A DNA stretch of 64,000 bases from Antechinus flavipes (Eukaryota). The stretch lies in assembly GCF_016432865.1 (NCBI RefSeq), contig NC_067402.1, forward strand, positions 187,116,001 to 187,180,000. Direction: 5' to 3'. A model generated the notes under the pieces. The model was not told where the DNA came from. It was given only the letters and a program-made list of their open reading frames with translations, and searched no databases. Position 1 is the stretch's first letter, and every line of letters starts with the position of its first letter. Below are positions 53,535-64,000 of this stretch, piece after piece. A program made the position numbers and the translations under genes.

Positions 53535-54175
53535 TAACACTTGTTGACCAACTGATATGATATAAGGAAACAATATTCCCAAAATGCCAAAAGAATAGTC
53601 AGTAAGAAGTATCTCATTAGAGTGGATGACAAGTTGCTATCGTAAGAAGGTCCCTCAAGCCAGCAAGAAAAATCACAAGAAAGAAGGTATGTACACAAGT
53701 GATACATCCAGAATTTCAGAAAAACCTGGAAAGACTTACATGAAATGATGCAGAGAAGTGAGAAGAACCAGGAGAATATATTACACAGTAACAGCCACAT
53801 TGTACAATAATCAGCTGTGAATGATTTGGTTATTCTCAGCAATATAATGATCCATGACAATTCCAAAGGAGTCATGATGAAAAATGCTCTCCACATTCAG
53901 AGAGAGAACTGATGGAGTCTGAATGAAAATTGAAGCATACTAGTTTTCACTTTATTTTTTCATGAGGTTTTTTTTTTTTTTTTTTTTTTTGGTCCGTGTC
54001 TTCTTTCACAATCTAACTAATATGGAACCATGTTTTGCATGATTGCAAAATTATATAAATTATATCAAATCATTTACCATCTCAGGAAGGGAAAGAGGGG
54101 AAAAATTTGGAATTCAATTTTTTTAGAAGAATGTTAAAAGATTTATATGAAATTGAAAAAAAATATTATTTTAAA
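53535..54175 (+). mobile_element. Older L1 3' fragment lying between exon 7 and its partial duplicate
   Basis: aaaacctggaaagacttacatgaaatgatgcagag...attctcagcaat...gagagagaactgatggagtctgaatg, similar to ~23150-23500 and ~24000-24350. Confidence 0.75.
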
Positions 54176-54326
54176 AAGAATTTGGCATGTTTACAAATCT
54201 GAACTTGACTTATTGTTTTCTGACTTAAGAAAATGATGGGATAGATATCAATTATGTAGATTAAACCAGAGAGCCGGTTGTTAAATATTTACCAACATAT
54301 CACATGATGTATTCCACTTAACTTAC

Positions 54327-54543
54327 TGCATTTGCTATCATGAGTCCAATCATTCAACACCATTCCCCTATGGGCACAATTCCGGGCATACTCCAGGAAG
54401 ATTGAGCAGGCACATCCTTGTTTCTGAGCACAGTGGCATAAGTCTTTCTCACAAAGAGCAATAAAGGGCTCAGGATCCACCAGGGGATGACACTGGGCAA
54501 ACACTGAAGAGCTTTTCAAGATCTGGCACCGTTCTCGTAAACC
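54327..54543 (-). CDS. VWF: VWF exon 7 (D1 C8)
   Basis: tgcttctctag|GGT TTA...TGC A|gtaagt; 217 nt; [72 protein letters not shown]. Confidence 0.98.
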
Positions 54544-54894
54544 CTAGAGAAGCAAGATTATGGGATTAATAATCACAGACTCCTGGTTTCCCAGATGTAT
54601 AACTCATCCAGTGGTAGAGAAATCCCAACCCAAACAGCAACCCATTATACTTTTGAACATCCTAATCATAATTTTTTCTGTATACTAGGCCAAAATCTAC
54701 CTCTCTAATTTCTGCCCTTTTGTCCTCTGCAAAACTGATAAACATGAGACAGTCTAGTAATGAATGAAGGGGGTTGCCAAAATGAACTCCTTCCTTCCCA
54801 TTTCATAGCCCCTCTTGGTTTAGCTCATAGATCTGTCCCTGGGATTATCTGGCTCAGTTAATTTCCATTTAATATAATTAGTCAAGTAGGTAGA

Positions 54895-54958
54895 TCTTTC
54901 ATCATAAATATCTATTCTTTCCTCATAAATATCTATATCTTTCCTTATAAATATCTAT
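54895..54958. repeat. 21/22-bp minisatellite, three copies
   Basis: tctttcatcataaatatctat / tctttcctcataaatatctata / tctttccttataaatatctat. Confidence 0.9.
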
Positions 54959-57900
54959 TGTGGCCTGGGCCTAAGGTTAAATTTCAAGGTTGCTAAGGCT
55001 TGTGAGCTACTGGAGATGTCAGTCATAGAAAAATAGTAGCCCTGTTAATGAATTTTAACACACATTAAATATTAACAGAGGTTATCACATTACTAGAAAC
55101 TAAACATACAAATGGTTATTAGCTGCAAGGACATTATCTAGAAATTTCTGAATTTGTTCAACAAACATTAAGCTCCTGATGTATGCAGACATTGTACTTT
55201 CCACTGAGAGATACCCAGTTAAAAGTAAAATTTCTGTCTCAGGGAGGTTATAGCTTAGGAGGTGGATAAAGATATGTGAATAAAGAAATATAATGAAGAT
55301 TATTACACAGTAAGTATATCAGTGAATTAAAAACAAAACTGTAGGTAAAGTTAACTATTTTTATACAGAGTTCTCAAAGGAAGTAGTGCCTCTTGTTACT
55401 ACATATCACCAACTATTCTACAAGGTATAGTCTTAAACCGTTGATGTTTTGTTATCCACTTATGCATTGTTCATGAAATATTAATAATTTGTTAAGAGAG
55501 GTACTCTGATTACTAGGCCCTGTGAACTCTGAAGAACCAACATATAAAATTAGTCCAGGGCAGCAGCCCCAACTTGGTATTATAGAAAAAACTCAAAAGA
55601 CCTGTATTCAAACCCCACCTCTGAAATTTATTAGCTGAGACCTCAGTTCTTTCATCTATAAATGAAGTGTTTCAAGCAGAGGATCTTTAAGGTATCTTGC
55701 AGTACAACAGTCATGTCTCATCCCAATCTCCCTCTTTTATGATTCTATCTTGACCCAAAGGACAATATTTCCCAGTCATCCTCACAAGTAATTTGTGCTT
55801 TCTGCTTAATATACTTGGAAATTCTGCCAAATAGTTTGAGATTGAGGCTCTATACAACCTATTTGAGAGAGTCACATCTTGATCCTTCCCTCACCCCCTG
55901 AGACAGGAGGTTAGCAATGTTACCACTTTCTAAAGAACAGTCCTCAAAAAATCCAAAACTTAGTTAACAAATAATTCATTCACTAAAGCCAAAGGGAGTT
56001 AGGAAAAGCAAGAATATCTACATTGTAGAGGGAAAAGTAGGCAAGAGTAATCTATCTCCTAAGGTAGAAAAGCAGGAAGACAAATTCATGAGGAAGACAC
56101 AAAGTAGATATTTTATAGAGATAGAAATCTGTAACAGTCTAATTCATTCAGGTATAGCTTTTTGATAACCAGTTGTATCCATTATCATTATTGTTTGGCA
56201 AAAAGCTGTTCAGATGTTCTCAGATAAATAACGTGCAATGATTCCATTGAACCAAGATCCAAGCTATTTCAAGCTGAGTATCTCTGGACCTCTCCTTTCG
56301 TGGAATCAAACAGGTAAAACTGACATGGAAAGCATACATATACATGTCCAGGTATCCATATGTTTCTCTGATCATCTACTTTTTAAACCTGATGTCTCTC
56401 TAATTCATTTCCGTGTACTAGATTAAAATTATTGGAAACATAAAGATTTTTTTAATATCTATAGCATCCTGAATAAATAAAAATAAGAGTAATATGGATT
56501 GTATTATACTGAAATAGAAAAAAATATACACTCAATTTAAAATTTGCTTAGCTCAGGGTTTCAAGGATCAAGAAAGACTCAAAAGAATTCTTTTCATTGT
56601 AAAGCCATCCTAGAGGATAGACAATCCTTGGTCTAGATGCTCTACAGGCATTCTATAAATCAGAGCTCTGTTTGTTTTAGATTTCCTGTAGTCCTCCTAA
56701 AGAAGGAACTTCTACCCTGATTTTGAGGTGCCAAACAGGGGAGGCAGAAAGGCAAGAATTGAGACATGAGCAGATGAAGATACCAACCAGATAGTAAGAG
56801 AAGAGAAGATGGGCATGTGCCAGGAGTCTAAGATCAAGCTTAACCAGCAGTTGTGGCATTTGGTGAGAGTCAAGTTTAGTCATCAACAGCTCCTTTTTTC
56901 TCCCTACTTTTCCCAGAGCACAAGACTGGAAAATTTTCTACCCATACTTTATATATCAACCTCTTTTTTCTTCCAACAACTACCATTCTACCTAATGAAA
57001 ATATGGTTTAAAAAGAGAGAAAGAGAAGTGTATCACTAAGGCTCATTGCAATCTGTAATGTGTTTGGCTGTCTGCATTTCTACGTTACTGGATATTGCTA
57101 TTAAGGTAAATAACCATTAGCTGTGACTTTTCTATAAATTTATGGTTTGAGACTGAGAGAAGAAAATCTCTTCAGAGAAGAAATTTCTCTGATTTTAATC
57201 CAGAGTTGGGGTAAGCCATTTAATAAGACAGTTTGTAATTTTGGAAATTTACTGAGATATTCTAAAGCATTCCCACTAGACTACAACTGAACCCAGAGAA
57301 AGAATTAATAAGGAGCTGAGCCAATAATAAAGGGGTAGGGGTTAGTATGGTTGTCTTTAATAAACTCTATATCATACACCTACACCAAGATAGCTACACT
57401 TCTTTTCAGAAAGATTGTGGAGAATGATTTGATTATTCTGGGTTAAGGGTGGGTGAGGATGGTGGTGTGTATCCTGCTTGCCTAATTAAGAAATGACTAC
57501 TATAATCAACAATGGTGCCAAATTCCAGTCTCCCCTACAAAGCTGAAAATAGACTCGAAACAGGTATTAGTGGAGCTCAGTTAATTGGGTTCAGTATTCT
57601 ATGATAGTTTGAGTTTGTATGTACATATAAACACTTAGAATGCTACTGATCTATTCTCTATTCCCTATTCTATATAATCTCTAATATATGCATGAGGTAC
57701 AAGAAAAAACTTTGGATTTGAAGACAAAGGATTTAGGTTTTAATATTGGCTCTGCTACTTAGTACCTTTGTGACCCTGAGCAGGTCTGGACTTGAATTTC
57801 TTGATGAAAAGAACTTTCTTTATGAAAGGAAACTTTCCAGGCAACTCCCTATTTTCCATCAGCAACTCTGCTTGCTTTTGACTTGACAGAAAGTCATACT

Positions 57901-60900
57901 CCTTGATGCTCCACCTTCCCCTTTTCAGCTTCCTTTTATATATTGTCTTCCCCATTAGATTGTAAGCTCCTTGAGGGCAGAAACTCTCTCTTTTTATTTG
58001 TATCCTCAGTAGTTGGCACTGTGGCTGGCACATAGCAGCCTTTAATACACATTTATTGAATTGAATTAAAAGGGTTAGATAAGATAACTCTTAAGATCAA
58101 TTCCAACTATAAATTTTATAATTCTCTAATTCAATGATGCTAGTAGAGAGAATAAGGTTCTCATTCAAATATAGCCCAGGGTCCTCTATCCTAGAGTATT
58201 GATTCCTAAGCACTATAAAAACCATTACAGAAGATTTCTCTGATCATGCTCAAATACAAGGTTTCTCTGGTTCAGAAGACTGAATTCCCAACCCATTCAA
58301 GCCAGGTTTGTTTAACCTAAAGGCAAGTCAAAATAACAAGACTGAGCAGTTGTCCATCTCACTACTTCATACCACAGTGGGGAATATTAGAAGGGCATAA
58401 CTTCTGCCCAGATCTAGACTAATCAAAGCTATTAATCCTCTGACTAGCTAAGATTTAGTTGATTCATTCTTTGTACTATTATCTCCAGTAGAAATTGTTT
58501 ACATTCAAATTCTTAAAACAAAAAGTAAAACTACAGAATGAGGTATACTATATTTGCAGCCACATGGCCTGAGTTTGAATCCATGCTCTACCATTCACAA
58601 CTTGTGTCATCTTGGACATGCCATCCTTCCCTGGACCTCAATTTCCCCATATGTAAAATGAGGAAATTGTACTGGATGATCTCTGAGGTCTCGGCCAGCT
58701 CTAGATTATGATCCTATATATCCCTTACTTCCTATGTGTCAAGAGTAGAAGGCAATGGGGGAGGAGAAAGGTGAGAAAATTTTCCTTCCTGAGGTCATTG
58801 TTGCAAATCACTACTGCCCCAACAAGGAAGTTAGCTCTGTTAACTTTCTAATTATCTTACATCATTTTCTTCACAAACAATATTATCACAGGTTGTATTA
58901 GTATCAGAATCATAAATTATTAGTAATTGCCTACACAATTGCCTTTCTACAGAGGGGAAAGCAGAAGTCAAGAATTGGGGAACAGAGTAAAGGAACAAAG
59001 ACTATGACAAATCTAGAAATAGAAGTAACAATCTTCCCCAGAAATCCATCCCCTCTATCTTGGCCATTACATTCCTCCTCCATCTTTCTTCTATAGTTCA
59101 TCCCTATCCTAATGATTATACACAGTACATTTATTCACTCCCTCCAGTGATTAGTGATTGATACTGCAATTTTCCCACCCTTTTCCAGTGATAGGTGGTT
59201 AACATGGCAATTTAGCAATTCTGCCACCATTTTTAGTAGCTTATGAAGAGTGCCAAGCCTAAGTAAAGTTTTAACTCGGGCAGAAGGCATTGATAGCACG
59301 GTGTTAGGACACATATTTTACTTTTCCTTTCCTCCTTCCTCTCTGTTTCTCTACCCCAGAAAGAGTCAGTTCTTCAACACATTGAGGTGTCCTAGAACTA
59401 GCTTCCTTCCATTGGTGGCCACACTTTGGGCCATCCCAATATCCCCAGAAGAAGCTGGAGAGAAATATCTTTATTCCAAGAATGAGCCTCTTACGGCCAC
59501 ACCACAACCTTCTCCCTTGCTTCATGGTTACCCCCTATCCAATTATACAGTTCTAGGAGAACATATGAAAGACATTGTGCTGAAAAGAAAAAATAGTATT
59601 CTTATCCAACTTTGGCTTTGTTGAGCCAGATTCTACTAGAAGAGGGAAAGTTTTTCTCCTAGGAATCCCACTTTTTTATTTTTAATAAATTCAGACCTCT
59701 CAGATCTTGCTAGCATGGTACATCATAGTGACAGAGTCAGAGAGGTATTATTATTTCCATCTTATCACAACACTTGGTCCTCAGAAAAGCAACTCATCAC
59801 ATAAGGAAATTGTATTTTTATCATGTGGCTTAGAGTATAATCAGTCAGCATTTATAGTTCCTGGTTTCCCTATTCTACTCCCACCCCTAAATAGACCTAA
59901 AGAAAAACTCTACAAAGTGACTTCATAGGCATTTTCCTCCAGAAGAGAGCAAGTTTAATTTTCCAATTAATCCCTGACATCACTATTGAAAGTTACTTGG
60001 AATGGTTCCAGCACCACTGCTACCAATCTCTGTAATAAAGGACAAAACTGAAGCACAAGAAGGAAAGGCCTTAGTATTAGCTGAGGTGAATTAACATAAT
60101 TGCAAAAGGACCTTGGTTGCCCCAGGTCTGAAGATCCCACAGCTCTGCTCCAAATCTGGCTTTGTAAATAATGACTTCTCATTAGCAAAGGTCCCAAGTG
60201 ACTATTGCTCCGATGCCTTCCCAGTTCATAATCTGCACTGCAGTCTATGTAAACTGATGGAGTACAAAAGAGATAGTCGGAATCCTAGATTTGGGGAATT
60301 TTTAGTGTCTCAGCTACCTTATAAAAGACAGAAAATAAAATGGAGCTTCCCAAGATAACACAGCAATGACAAACACAGAAGTATGACAAAAGTAGCCTAA
60401 AGCCTCCTTGCTTTCTGGGGAATGAAACTAATTGTGTGAGTTCCTCCAAAGTCCTGAGATAATATAGAAGGCATTTTTTTTTAATAATAGCTTCTTATTT
60501 TTGATATGCAAAGATAGTTTTCAACATTCACCTTTACAAAACCTTATGTTCCAAAATTTTCTCCCTCCTTTCCCTCTGTCTTCTCCCCCAGACAACAAGT
60601 AATCCAATATATGTTAAACATGTGCAATTCTACTATACTTATTATGGAGGGCATTTTCAAAGATCATATGAGGGAGGGGGAGTTTTCTTTAGAAATAGCA
60701 ATCTCCCTTATTAAGCCCAACCAACTAGGACCAATTGAATGAGTGACTATCCCTCATTCTCACCCCCCACTTCCCAAACCAGAGGGAATGGAAATCTATA
60801 TGCATAAAGAATTCCCACAGAGAATTCACATATTTCATAATAACTCATGTTCATAAAGCACTTTAAAGGTTACAAAGCACTTATTTTTTTCAGCAATCCT

Positions 60901-61584
60901 GTAAAGTTCAAGAATCATTCATCTCATTCCCTGAGAAAGAAATTAAGCTAAGAGAAAAATAGAGCGTACCTGTTATTCAAAAGAGCAAAGATTCAAACTC
61001 ATTTCCCTACTGGATCCAGTTCCAGCACTCTTTACATTATACTCCACTGCCTTTCCACACAAGCCTACATTTATTAAGTCTAGTCTGGGGATCATAAGAA
61101 TTGTATGGTTTATCTCACTGGGTTGTTTTGAGAATCAAAAGAGATAAGATATGGAAACCACAAAAAGCAGAAGGGAGGTGCACACCAGAGAATTCCCTAC
61201 ACCAATGAAATTACAGATTTGATTTTTTTTTAAAGCACTTCTAAAATATTGTCTATCATAACTAATATGACCATTTCTCTCAACAAATACTAATTATATT
61301 TGTTTGAAGTACTGATCTCAGGCAAAGAATAATGTTAGACAAGGGGATTTAAAGTTTATATGAGGCATAGAGTCCCAATCTAGTAGAGAGATAAGAAACA
61401 TATCCAGATAACTAGAATTTATAATGTATGAATTGAATGCCTTCTTTAGCTATGCATAGAGCACATATAAAGTGTGCTCTTATTTGGGATGGCCATTACC
61501 ATTGTCCTTTTCCCTGAGGGGAAAGCCCACTTTTTTTTTCCCATGTAACCTGAGCCTTTTATGTAGCAGGTATTATAGTAAGCT

Positions 61585-61830
61585 AGGACAACTTGGTGGT
61601 GCAGTAAATAGAGGATTAGACCTGGAGTCAGGAAGACCATTTTTCCCCCAAGTTGAAATCTGGCTTTCAATACTTACTAGCCAAGTGATCCTGGACAAGT
61701 CCCTTAACCCTATTTGCCTCAGTTTCCTAATCTGTAAAATGAGGAAATCATCATCCCAATATCTCTGCCAAGAAAACCCCAAATGGGGTCATGAATAATC
61801 AGACATGACTGAAAAGACTGAATAAGAATA
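61585..61830 (+). mobile_element. Mar1-like CORE-SINE
   Basis: caacttggtggtgcagtaaatagagg...tctctgccaagaaaaccccaaatggggtcatga. Confidence 0.8.
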
Positions 61831-63267
61831 CCATACTAAATAGTAGGAATAAAGACAAAAATGAAACAGTACCTTTCATTTGACATTTGTCTATTTTTTT
61901 TTTTTGTGAGGGATGAAAATTGGAAGGTATACCTGAAATAAAAACAAGATAATTGTCTTACCTAAGGGTGGAGATGGAGGTGGAGGTGGGAGTACCTACA
62001 GAGAGGGTATTAGCATCTTAGAGAAGGTGGGGTAGGGGATCAGAAAAGACAACATAGAGAAGGTAATATTTGAGCTGAATTTTGAAAGAAACTAAAAAGA
62101 TAGAGATGATGAGAGAGTGAATTACAGGAATAAAAGACCAGTCTGCCCAAAGGCATAGAGTTGGGGGATGAAGTATTATCTCTACATTGCTCAAGAACCA
62201 GCAAGAAGGCTTGTTTGACAAAATGGTTTAAGAACAGGAAGGGGAGAAATCAATATATAATAAGACTGGAAAGGTAGATTGGGTCTGGGTTATGAAAAAG
62301 ATTTAAATACCAAAGAGGGAATTCCATATTGTATCTTCAGGGCAATAGTGGAACATGAACAGGTCTGAGCATTAGGGAAATCACTTTGTCAACCAATGAA
62401 GGATGTGTTGGAGGGGAGGGACTTGAGGCAGGGAGAGCAATTAGGAGGCTATTGTTCTTATTATTTGTTCTTCATTCTTAAAGAGGACCAATGACATCAG
62501 GAGAGTAATGTCTTGACTAGCAAGCAATTTGGATTTAAGTCAGGCAGAGCTGTGCAAAGTCATCAGCCTCATTCTCTCCTCAGGAGTCATCTGAGTCCAG
62601 TGGCAAGACTTAGGTCAGGATGACTGAAGATGATCCCAGATGCAATGGGAGTCTTTCCAAAGATAGCAATTTGTCTGAGGCAATGTCCATTCAGAGATTT
62701 AAAGCTAGGTAAGAAATGAAGCAAAAGATGGTTTGGTTTGCACACGTGTGCACACACATGCGCGCGTGCGTTCACACACATACACACACCCCACACACAT
62801 ATCAAACTGGAAAAGGAAGATCCTCTCTGGGTTTTGCTATTTTTGTTAAGTCTATTGTAATAGTCCAGAGAATTGGGGCCTAAAATAGAGTGGTGACTGT
62901 GAGCTGAAAAAGGGGGGATGGGTTGGAGAGATGGGTTTATAGAGGTAGAAATGACAAGATTTGGGAACTGATTGGATAAAAAGAGGGGACACAAATAATA
63001 TCAAGGGGGTAACTAGGTAACTAGGATAAGTAGGATGGTACTGGTATACTTAACAGAAATTAGAATGTTCAAAAGGGAAGTGGATTTACACAGAAAGATA
63101 ATGAGTTCTATTTTAGACTTGTCGCATTTGAGATGTTTGTAATAGGTCCATACTGGCTAAAGGATTCATTGAATGGTACTCACCCTAGTAAATGATAATG
63201 ATGAACTTCTCCTTACTTAGCTAAGATGATCTTCACATAGCAGGAATAGCCTAAGACAAGTATTTTC

Positions 63268-64000
63268 TTTTTTTTTTTTAAATAACTTTTTATTGATAGA
63301 ACCCATGTCAGGGTAATTTTTTTTTTATAGCATTATCCCTTGCATTCACTTCTGTTCCGATTTTTCCCCTCTCTCCCTCCACCCCTTCCCCCAGATGACA
63401 AGCAGTCCTTTCCATGTTGAATAGATACAATATATGTGTGCAGAACTGAACAGTTTTCTTGTTGCACAGGGAGAATTGAATTCAGAAGGTAGAAATAACC
63501 CGGGAAGAAAAACAAAGATGCAAGCAGTTTATATTCATTTCCCAGTGTTCTTTCTTTGGGTGTAGCTGCTTCTGTCCATCTTTGATCTGAATTAACTCTC
63601 TTTATCGAAGAGATCCACTTCCATCAGAATATATCCTCAAACAGTATCGTTGTTGAGGTATATAATGATCTCGTGGTTCTGCTCATTTCACTTAGCATCA
63701 GTTCATGTAAGTCTCGCCAGTCCTCTCTGTATTCATCCTGCTGGTCATTCCTTACAGAACAATAATATTCCATAACATTCATATACCACAATTTACTCAA
63801 CCATTCTCCAATTGATGGGCATCCATTCAATTTCCAGCTTCTAGCCACTACAAACAGGGCTGCCACAAACATTTTGGCACATACAGGTCTCTTTCCTTTC
63901 TTTAGTATCTCTTTGGGGTATAAGCCCAGTAGAAACACTGCTGGATCAAAGGGTATGCATAGTTTGATAACTTTTTGAGCATAGTTCCAAATTGCTCTCC
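63268..64000 (-). mobile_element. Relatively young L1 3' end (ORF2 C-terminus plus 3' UTR), running off the window
   Basis: Open ORF LGLYPKE...KMFVAALFVVARSWKLNGCPSIGEWLSKLWYMNVMEYYCSVRNDQQDEYREDWRDLHELMLSE; AATAAA (minus, 63289-63294) and a poly(A) tail. Confidence 0.92.

Larger units (their letters stand above)
1..54543 (-). other. VWF: von Willebrand factor gene, exons 7-20 (partial gene; exons 1-6 and 21 onward lie outside the window)
   Basis: Fourteen collinear exons splice in frame (217+123+112+47+137+139+101+196+216+241+95+161+104+130 = 2019 nt, 673 codons). Cys pattern, the D2 CGLC motif, H395/H460 and the RxKR site match VWF as recalled. Confidence 0.99.

Noticed and set aside
59390-60240. 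Candidates for VWF exon 6
   Set aside because: No frame gives the DPYDFANSW motif; exon 6 lies beyond the window.
1-64000. CRISPR array, tRNA/rRNA/snRNA genes, numt, or pseudogene status of VWF
   Set aside because: No repeat-spacer array or recognisable RNA gene seen; tRNA-like boxes belong to SINE heads; all VWF exons are intact and in frame.

Overview
Eukaryotic genomic DNA (AT-rich, CpG-depleted, rich in SINEs and LINEs). It carries exons 7-20 of von Willebrand factor (VWF) on the minus strand; exon 20 is cut by the window start. All 14 exons have the exon lengths recalled for human VWF, compatible splice phases and no stops. Together they encode 673 codons (human-numbering residues 220-892): end of D1, all of D2, the furin site (R-I-K-R|SLSC), D' and the start of D3. 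The repeat complement (Mar1-like CORE-SINEs, a WSINE1-like SINE, marsupial-type L1 3' ends, old L2 and CR1/L3) points to an Australian marsupial, probably a dasyurid such as the Tasmanian devil (inference). There is one 631-bp N gap in intron 15. Most notable observations: a diverged partial duplicate of exon 7 and its acceptor that could act as an in-frame alternative last exon; a 35-bp perfect inverted templated insertion inside an L1; an in-frame competing donor after exon 12; a GC-AG intron 13; an extra cysteine in D2; two recursive-splice-like AG|GTAAGA sites; and an 810-bp triplet-derived higher-order repeat. Human comparisons are from memory, not from a search. Repeat boundaries and family names are by eye and approximate.
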